From NCBI GenBank assembly GCA_964542785.1, contig CAZIUK010000001.1:506862-570861 (forward strand): 64,000 nt of DNA, written 5' to 3'. Of the stretch, positions 57,629 to 64,000 are shown piece by piece (position 1 is the first letter of the stretch; the number at the start of each line of letters is the position of its first letter). The position numbers were made by a program, and so were the translations under genes. The DNA is from an uncultured Planctomycetales bacterium (GTDB lineage: Bacteria; Omnitrophota; Gorgyraeia; Gygaellales; Profunditerraquicolaceae). The notes under the pieces are model-generated. The model saw only the letters and a list, made by a program, of their open reading frames with translations. It searched no databases and was not told where the DNA came from.

Positions 57629-58131
57629 CCTAATACCACCTTCCAGCCCATCAACCCTAAAATGCACAACAATAAAACAATCAATCCTGCTAAAACTACT
57701 CCTAAGAAGATAGACATAAAAGCATACCTAAACTTAATCTTAAATAAAGTAGCCGCAACAACCCCTGTCCAAGCCCCAGTCAAAGGCAAAGGTATCGCCA
57801 CAAGAATAAAAAGCCCTAATGCCTCATACCTTAAAACCTGCTTTGCGTTTCTTTTAGTACGCTCAAAAACCCACTCAAAGAATCTTGCCCAAATTCTAAA
57901 TTTTCTTAAATATGCTGAAATCGGCTCAAATAAAAAAAGGGCAGGAGCAATAAAAATAGTATTTCCTAAAAGCGAAAGAAAAAATACTTTTACCAAAGGC
58001 ATGCCAAGATAAAGCCCCAAAGGTATCGCCCCCCTAATCTCAGAGACAGGCAGGCTTGCTAAAATTATTACCGAAGCCTCTTTAGGAAGAGCATTAAACC
58101 AAGGGGTTATCAAATTTAATGCCTTTTCCAT
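57625..58131 (-). CDS. small membrane protein (putative small multidrug-export family, PF06695-like)
   Basis: 168 aa, 4 TM helices; LPVSEIRGAIPLG motif as recalled for this family. Confidence 0.4.
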   Translation of the reverse strand: MEKALNLITPWFNALPKEASVIILASLPVSEIRGAIPLGLYLGMPLVKVFFLSLLGNTIFIAPALFLFEPISAYLRKFRIWARFFEWVFERTKRNAKQVLRYEALGLFILVAIPLPLTGAWTGVVAATLFKIKFRYAFMSIFLGVVLAGLIVLLLCILGLMGWKVVLG

Positions 58132-58787
58132 TTGTAGATTAAACGGAAAAACCTTAACGTATCAGAAAAAGGGTTAATCCGGCTCTTCTCTTCCCCATAA
58201 ATACTCTTTATAGGAACAGACTTTATTTTAAAACCCATGCGCGAAGCCTTAATCAATATCTCAGACTCTGTCTCAAACTTACTCGTCTTTAATTCTATCC
58301 TTTCTAAAACTTTTCGCTTAATCAACCTTAAACCGCATTGAGTATCAGGAATAGACTGCCTACCTATAAAGGAGATAAACCATGACATAAATTTGTTAGT
58401 CGCTACCCGGATAAGAGGCATCCCTTTAGCCTTAAGCATACGGTTTCCTATGACTATATGCACATCTTTATCCTCGGCTGCTTTAAGAAATAAAGGTAAA
58501 TCTTTAGGCTGATGCTGTCCGTCTGCATCCATAGTTATTACTGCTTCAAAATCATTCTCTAAGGCATACCTAAAACCTTTAATCAAGGAAGCTCCTTTAC
58601 CCTGGTTCCGTAAATTAAGCATCACATTAACCTCTAAGCCTTTTGCGATATTGTATGTATCATCTGAAGATCCGTCGTCAATGACCAGTATTTTAAGATG
58701 GTAATTTTTGACTTCCTTAATCAGATTATAAATATGCTCGGCCTCGTTGTAAGCAGGTATGACTACTAAAACCTTCATTCTCTCCAA
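58116..58787 (-). CDS. family 2 glycosyltransferase (polyprenyl-phosphate sugar transferase-like)
   Basis: VVIPAYNE...VIDDGSSDDT and a DAD motif. Confidence 0.8.
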   Translation of the reverse strand: MERMKVLVVIPAYNEAEHIYNLIKEVKNYHLKILVIDDGSSDDTYNIAKGLEVNVMLNLRNQGKGASLIKGFRYALENDFEAVITMDADGQHQPKDLPLFLKAAEDKDVHIVIGNRMLKAKGMPLIRVATNKFMSWFISFIGRQSIPDTQCGLRLIKRKVLERIELKTSKFETESEILIKASRMGFKIKSVPIKSIYGEEKSRINPFSDTLRFFRLIYKWKRH

Positions 58788-59632
58788 AACCTCCTAAACA
58801 TATACCATTGATCAGGATATTTATTAATGTATTTTTCAAATATTCCTGCACACTTATTTATAATAAAATCTATAGCTTGAGTGCGATTAACCCCAAGGGG
58901 AAACTCTAAAGGTTTTTCAAAAATCAGATCATAACTATTATCTCTATTACGAAGCATAAATCCGGGAATTATTAAAGATCCTGTTTTCAAAGAAAGCACT
59001 GCGGCTCCTTGTGGGAAAAGCGCTATTTTCCCAAAAAAGTAAGCGGGTCTTCCTTTATCCGAAAAATCCCTATCACCCACCAAGGCTATCAAACGATTCT
59101 CCTTTAAGGCCTTAATGCAAGCCTTAGCAGCCCTGCCTAAAGGAAAAATATCTACCCCCTTACTTTGCCGCTTCTCATTAAAAAACTCATCTACCTTTTT
59201 AGATTTATGCGGCAAAGCAACACTTAATAAAGAATACCCCAGTTGTGAAACAACTACCCCACCTAGTTCCCAGTTGCCTAAATGCGCAGTTAATAAAATA
59301 ACTCCTTTACCTGCCTTAAGCCCCTCTTTAATATTTTCTATCCCCTTAATATTGACTTTATTTTTTATATAATCCATATCTAACTTTTTAAAACGCAGAA
59401 AATCAACAAGGTATCTAGCAAAGTTTAAAAAAACTCTTAATCGTATTGAGGATATCTCTTTTTTACTCTTTTCAGGAAAAATTACCCGTAGGTTCTCTGT
59501 GACTATTTTACGGTCTCTAAAAGCAAAAATATAATACCCAGCAGATATAAAAACAGCTACTGAGTAACCAAAATTTAAAGGCAACGACAATGCCAATGCT
59601 TCTGCAAATTTATAAAAAAAATAACTTATCAT
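58775..59632 (-). CDS. LpxL/HtrB-family lipid A (Kdo) late acyltransferase
   Basis: HLGNWE acyltransferase motif; N-terminal TM helix; about 285 aa. Confidence 0.7.
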   Translation of the reverse strand: MISYFFYKFAEALALSLPLNFGYSVAVFISAGYYIFAFRDRKIVTENLRVIFPEKSKKEISSIRLRVFLNFARYLVDFLRFKKLDMDYIKNKVNIKGIENIKEGLKAGKGVILLTAHLGNWELGGVVVSQLGYSLLSVALPHKSKKVDEFFNEKRQSKGVDIFPLGRAAKACIKALKENRLIALVGDRDFSDKGRPAYFFGKIALFPQGAAVLSLKTGSLIIPGFMLRNRDNSYDLIFEKPLEFPLGVNRTQAIDFIINKCAGIFEKYINKYPDQWYMFRRFWRE

Positions 59633-60777
59633 GCGTTTATTTCCTTTAGAATAAATTCTGCGATATTTATACTCGCCTTAGGCTTAGCTATTTTTTTTAC
59701 GGATTCTCTTAGTTTAGATAACTTATCTGGGTTTCTAATAAGCTCATCTACAGCTAAATAGGCCTCTTTAGGATTATCCACTTTAATAGCCGCTCCCACT
59801 GAAGTTAAATATACGGTATTATTCGCTTCCTGCCCGGGTAAAGGTCTTATAATAATCATCGGCTTACTCTTAGAGAGCGCTTCTGCCGTAGTAATCCCTC
59901 CAGGCTTACTAATTACTATATCCGCTAAATCCATAAGCTCATTAATACGATGAGTATAGCCAAAGAGGAGTATCTTCTTTTTGTATCTCCTCATCTTTCT
60001 TTTTAATACATTATAAAGCCTACTATTTGTTCCGGTAACTACAATCTCTTGTATCTCTCCCTTTACCCTTTCTAACGATTTTACAATCTCTTTGATAGGA
60101 CCTAAACCTTGCCCTCCTCCCATAATTAATATAGTAGGAATTCCGTTTTTAAGATTGTAATTATTTAACAACTCCTCCTTAGGCCGCTCTTGGTCAAATT
60201 TAGGGCTAAAAGGGATACCTAATGGCTTGACTTTTGTAAAAGGGACTCCTCTTTTAATTAAAATAGTAGCTATATCTTCTGTAGGGACTATATAATAATC
60301 CACCGCATCATAAATCCAATAGGCATGCGGAATGTAATCAGTTAGGACTGCAATTAGGGGGACTGAAGAAGAATAGGCTTTCTTGTAATCAGCTACCATC
60401 CCACAGGGAAAGGCCTGTGTACAGACAACCACATCAGGACGATATCTATCAAAAAGCCTCTTTAATTTAGGGGAATTAGCCTTATGGATATTACTTTTTG
60501 TCCGCTCTACTTTTTTTAATACCTTAGGGTTATCATAAAGATAATCCCATATCTGTGGGGCAATCTTGATAATCCCCATATAAATACTATTAGTTATCTT
60601 TTCCGCTATAGGATTAGTGTAGTTAAAGGCATTGATATTTAATGTATCGATATCAGGCTTTAAAATACCCAATGCCCTCTCTATAGCCATAGCAGCATTG
60701 CGGTGCCCAGAAACCTCTGATATATACATCAAGATAATCCGCTTAGAAGACATGGTAAAATTACAAGGCCCCCTCAA
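59629..60777 (-). CDS. GT28 glycosyltransferase (MGDG synthase / UgtP-like)
   Basis: MGDG-synthase N-domain pattern (ILMYISEVSGHRNAAMAIERAL) with a GT28 C-domain. Confidence 0.65.
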   Translation of the reverse strand: MRGPCNFTMSSKRIILMYISEVSGHRNAAMAIERALGILKPDIDTLNINAFNYTNPIAEKITNSIYMGIIKIAPQIWDYLYDNPKVLKKVERTKSNIHKANSPKLKRLFDRYRPDVVVCTQAFPCGMVADYKKAYSSSVPLIAVLTDYIPHAYWIYDAVDYYIVPTEDIATILIKRGVPFTKVKPLGIPFSPKFDQERPKEELLNNYNLKNGIPTILIMGGGQGLGPIKEIVKSLERVKGEIQEIVVTGTNSRLYNVLKRKMRRYKKKILLFGYTHRINELMDLADIVISKPGGITTAEALSKSKPMIIIRPLPGQEANNTVYLTSVGAAIKVDNPKEAYLAVDELIRNPDKLSKLRESVKKIAKPKASINIAEFILKEINA

Positions 60778-61927
60778 GACATAATTCCAAAAATGCCTCA
60801 GTTACTTGAGGAGAGAATTGAAGGTTGGAAAGCTTATGGATCTCTTTAACAGCCTCATCCTTAGATAGTGCGCAACGATAAGGCCTATTTGTAGTCATAG
60901 CATCAAAGGAGTCAGCAACCGATATTATTGAAGCTATCAAAGGTATATCCTTGCCTTTTAATCCTTCAGGATACCCTAAGCCATCAGGCCTCTCGTGGTG
61001 GTATTTTATTCCAACCACAGACTCTTCTAATTCCTCAATCGGTTTTAAAATAGTAGCACCTATTAGTGGATGTTCTTTAATCCTGTTTCTTTCCCCTACA
61101 GTAAGACTACTTTTCTTATTTAATATATGTTCAGGCACGCCAATCTTGCCAACATCGTGCAAGAGGCTGGCTATATATAAATTCTCAATAAACTTTTCAT
61201 TTATAAGTTTTCTATTCTTATTTTTTAATTTATTAGCTATCTTAAGACTAAAATTACTGACACGCGTAGTATGTCCATGAGTATAGTGATCTTTAGCCTC
61301 AATTGCGGCTACAAGCGCAATAGTAGTGCGCATAAAAAGTTGGTGTTTTTTATTAAGCTCAGACTCTAAATCTTTAAATAACTGGGCATTTCTAATAGCC
61401 ATAGTCATATTTGAAGCAAGAGCAGAAAAAAAATCAAGCTCTTCAGGAGAGAAATCCTTACCGTCTTTTTTCTTGCCTAAAAGAAAAAGACATAAGAGGT
61501 CGTCCCTAAAGTAGCTAGGTATGCAAAGAGCCGTATCAAGTAGCTTTACCTGATAAAGCGCATCTTTTAAAAGATTCTGCACCCTCTCTGAAAGAACGCC
61601 TTTTTTAAGGGTTCTTTCGGCTAAGCTAAGAGGAAGTAAATCATTAGTAGATATTAACCTATTATTTCGTTCTCTAAAAAAACGTATCAGGGGGTCATCT
61701 TTATCTAAAGAAGCAAAGCCGACCGGAACTTTTTTTGACAAGGAGCCCCCAGAGAGGCTTAATACATACGCTTGACGCTTAGGGTCATAGAGAAGAATGC
61801 TCGCATGCTCTATCCTCGCCTTTTCTACCAAAGCACGAATGACCATCTTAATCAATACATCCGGGTCATGCACTAAAATCATCCCACGCGCAGCATTCTC
61901 TAATTCTTTCTTATAATCAATAGGCAT
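60761..61927 (-). CDS. GAF-domain HD-GYP phosphodiesterase
   Basis: HD...HHERPDGLGYP motif. Confidence 0.8.
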   Translation of the reverse strand: MPIDYKKELENAARGMILVHDPDVLIKMVIRALVEKARIEHASILLYDPKRQAYVLSLSGGSLSKKVPVGFASLDKDDPLIRFFRERNNRLISTNDLLPLSLAERTLKKGVLSERVQNLLKDALYQVKLLDTALCIPSYFRDDLLCLFLLGKKKDGKDFSPEELDFFSALASNMTMAIRNAQLFKDLESELNKKHQLFMRTTIALVAAIEAKDHYTHGHTTRVSNFSLKIANKLKNKNRKLINEKFIENLYIASLLHDVGKIGVPEHILNKKSSLTVGERNRIKEHPLIGATILKPIEELEESVVGIKYHHERPDGLGYPEGLKGKDIPLIASIISVADSFDAMTTNRPYRCALSKDEAVKEIHKLSNLQFSPQVTEAFLELCLEGAL

Positions 61928-61980
61928 GAATAATCACCTTTTTAATATATACTAACAAATTAGTCTATATTGTCAAGGTT

Positions 61981-62217
61981 TTAGCTCTCTTCTATAACCG
62001 CTAAAAGATCGCCTACTTGGACATCTTCTCCTACGGAAGCTACAATCTCAGAAATGACCCCTTTACAGGGGCTAGGAAGGTTAAAAGTTGTTTTATCTGT
62101 AGTAAGTTCTACTAAATCATCCTTTTCGTTAACCTGTTCTCCAGGCCTAAAAAACCAATGCGATACTGTTGCTTTTTTAATTCCTTCTCCAAGCTCAGGT
62201 AAAACCACCTTAACCAT
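61981..62217 (-). CDS. free-standing lipoyl-attachment domain protein
   Basis: 78 aa biotinyl/lipoyl domain with the conserved lysine in LTTDKTTFNL. Confidence 0.65.
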   Translation of the reverse strand: MVKVVLPELGEGIKKATVSHWFFRPGEQVNEKDDLVELTTDKTTFNLPSPCKGVISEIVASVGEDVQVGDLLAVIEES

Positions 62218-62243
62218 ATAAGACCTCCGAGATTTTATAAAAA

Positions 62244-63539
62244 TTAGTTTTGCTTAAAAACCTCTCCTATGGATTCACTAATTGTCGGATGCGCAAAAAT
62301 AGTTGAATGTATATCTTCTTCCTTTAAACCAGAGGAGATTGCCAAAGTTAAAGCCGCCGAGACTTCAGAGGCCATAGGGGCAATGATAGAAAAACCCAAA
62401 AGTAACCCTGTATCCTCATCAGAGATTATCTTAAGAAAACCTTTAGTCTCGCCTAATATACGCGCCATTCCGGAAGCCATAAAATCAAACTTGCTTACTT
62501 TAAATCTTACTCCTTCCTCTTTAGCTTTATCCTCTGTTAAGCCGGCTGAAGCTATCTGCGGGTCAGTAAAAATAATATTAGGTATAATACTAGGGGTAGT
62601 TTTTTGTTTATTCTTGCCTTTAAATATATTATCTACGGCAATCCTACCCTGGTAACCGGCTAGGTGCGCAAGCATAACCTCAGAAGCGCAATCTCCAGCA
62701 GCATAAATATTCTCTACATCAGTTTTTAAAAAATCATCGGTTATAATCCTACCTCCTTGAGTCCTTACCCCTAATTCTTTTAACCCTTTAAGGCTAGAGA
62801 CAGGTTTCCTTCCAATAGAGACTAAAACATAATTATAATCCTCTAAATTTAAGGATGAATAATCATAATCTGTTTTAACGTTAATATTTTTTTTCTTAAA
62901 AAAATATTCTAACCTAAAAGATAAATCTTTATCCTCTAACGGCAAGAGCCGTTGCTCCTTCTCAACTATAGTAACTTCTGTTCCAATTCCAGAGAATAAA
63001 TCTGCAAACTCGCACCCAACAACTCCTCCTCCTATAATCAAGATAGAAGGAGGAACTTCACTTAAACTTAAAGCTTCATTGCTAGATATAATCTTTTTAG
63101 TATCAAATTTTAAGGTATTTAACTCTAAAGGCATAGAACCTGTGGCTATAATAATGAATTTGGTCTTCAATAAATCTTTACCAACCTCTATTGAATTAGA
63201 AGAGACAAGGACTGCTTCGCCTTTAATGATGTCTATGCCTTTAAGCATAAAAGTCATCCCTGAACGTAAACTATCCACCACCTCTTTTTTTCTCTTTATA
63301 GCTAAAGAGATATCAAATGAGGGGTTTAAATTAGATACACCAAAATCCAAAGACTTCTTAAAAGTATTAAAAACTTTCACAGAATGCAACAATGACTTAG
63401 TAGGTATGCACCCTAAGTTTAAACAGGTACCGCCTATCTGGCTTTTTTCTATAATGGCTATTTTAAGCCCCAATTCTTTAGCCCTCATAGCGGCATTAAA
63501 ACCTGCCCAGCCTGCGCCGATTATTACTAAGTCATACAT
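62244..63539 (-). CDS. lpdA: dihydrolipoyl dehydrogenase-like flavoprotein disulfide reductase
   Basis: FAD motif IIGAGWAG, redox-active disulfide GGTCLNLGCIPTK, C-terminal dimerisation domain with HAHPTISE. Confidence 0.85.
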   Translation of the reverse strand: MYDLVIIGAGWAGFNAAMRAKELGLKIAIIEKSQIGGTCLNLGCIPTKSLLHSVKVFNTFKKSLDFGVSNLNPSFDISLAIKRKKEVVDSLRSGMTFMLKGIDIIKGEAVLVSSNSIEVGKDLLKTKFIIIATGSMPLELNTLKFDTKKIISSNEALSLSEVPPSILIIGGGVVGCEFADLFSGIGTEVTIVEKEQRLLPLEDKDLSFRLEYFFKKKNINVKTDYDYSSLNLEDYNYVLVSIGRKPVSSLKGLKELGVRTQGGRIITDDFLKTDVENIYAAGDCASEVMLAHLAGYQGRIAVDNIFKGKNKQKTTPSIIPNIIFTDPQIASAGLTEDKAKEEGVRFKVSKFDFMASGMARILGETKGFLKIISDEDTGLLLGFSIIAPMASEVSAALTLAISSGLKEEDIHSTIFAHPTISESIGEVFKQN

Positions 63540-64000
63540 GGCAAACCCTTAAGGAGATTAGATATGGATTCTGCTGAAAGAAAGAACCTCTCTGACTCTT
63601 CTTTATTTAAATCCAACTCGATTATCTTTTCTATTCCCCCTCTTCCAATCCTACAAGGAACCCCTAGACAAATCCCATTAACCTTGTACTCTCCCTCTAA
63701 ATAGGCAGACACTCCGGTAACTATCTTCTTATCTAAGACAATAGAAGAAACTATATCTGCTATTGCTGCAGAAGGAGCAAAAAAAGCACTTCCTGAACCT
63801 AAGGCAGATACTATTTCAGCACCCCTGTTAACCGTTTTATTTACGATAACCCCTGATTTCCCTTCCCCGGCTAAAGTTAAAAGGTTTATCCCTGCAATCT
63901 TAGTATGCCTAGGTAAAGGCAACATCCCTTCACCATGAGGCCCTATAACTACAGAGTTAATTTCTTCTATTGGTACAACTAGCTCCTGAGAGATTATATT
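63527..64000 (-). CDS. mdh: malate dehydrogenase (LDH-like family), C-terminal part (5' end lies outside the window)
   Basis: …VIGPHGEGMLPLPR…RGAEIVSALGSGSAFFAPSAAIADIV… pattern of LDH-type MDH/LDH; the ORF runs off the window edge. Confidence 0.75.
   Translation of the reverse strand, partial: NIISQELVVPIEEINSVVIGPHGEGMLPLPRHTKIAGINLLTLAGEGKSGVIVNKTVNRGAEIVSALGSGSAFFAPSAAIADIVSSIVLDKKIVTGVSAYLEGEYKVNGICLGVPCRIGRGGIEKIIELDLNKEESERFFLSAESISNLLKGLPCMT

Noticed and set aside
1-64000. CRISPR arrays, IS elements, integrases, prophage or rRNA genes
   Set aside because: No direct-repeat/spacer periodicity, no transposase or integrase-like ORFs and no rRNA-like conserved stretches were seen. The only RNA genes are two tRNAs and the riboswitch.

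Overview
This is a gene-dense window of about 64 kb with low GC (about 35%) from a bacterial chromosome, with almost no non-coding space. Genes at 1-30,106 are all on the + strand; from 30,348 to the end they are almost all on the - strand, apart from a two-gene ExeA/GspB-like pair on the + strand at 35.0-36.3 kb. The two blocks converge on an AT-rich gap that holds a 28-bp sequence matching the Bacillus subtilis dif site at 25 of 28 positions (30153-30180), so the window probably spans the replication terminus.

The + block holds housekeeping genes: hisS, aspS, phoH, ybeY, recO, panE, apbE, mgtE, panB, glyQS, ppdK, a sigma-70 factor, apt and tRNA-Arg(CCT). It then runs into an accessory region: an outer-membrane barrel, a GH57 glucan enzyme, a four-gene locus that looks like a spore-coat-U/Csu-type pilus with an atypical giant outer-membrane protein, and a ParA-type ATPase fused to an AMPK-beta-like glycogen-binding domain next to a histone-H1-like lysine-rich protein and a DUF134 DNA-binding protein.

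The - block holds aroB, thiC, heptose genes (gmhA, hldE domain), a PPi-type phosphofructokinase, accBC, efp, pepP, aroQ, rpsU (not in the ORF track) and tRNA-Gly(CCC). It also carries a cobalamin riboswitch driving a btuB-like receptor/tonB pair, which sits downstream of the B12 adenosyltransferase gene and a small membrane protein. Further features are two HD-GYP genes, PilZ genes, lipid/glycosyl transferases and lpd/mdh.

No CRISPR array, IS element or integrase was seen. Every functional call comes from reading protein motifs by eye. No database search was run.
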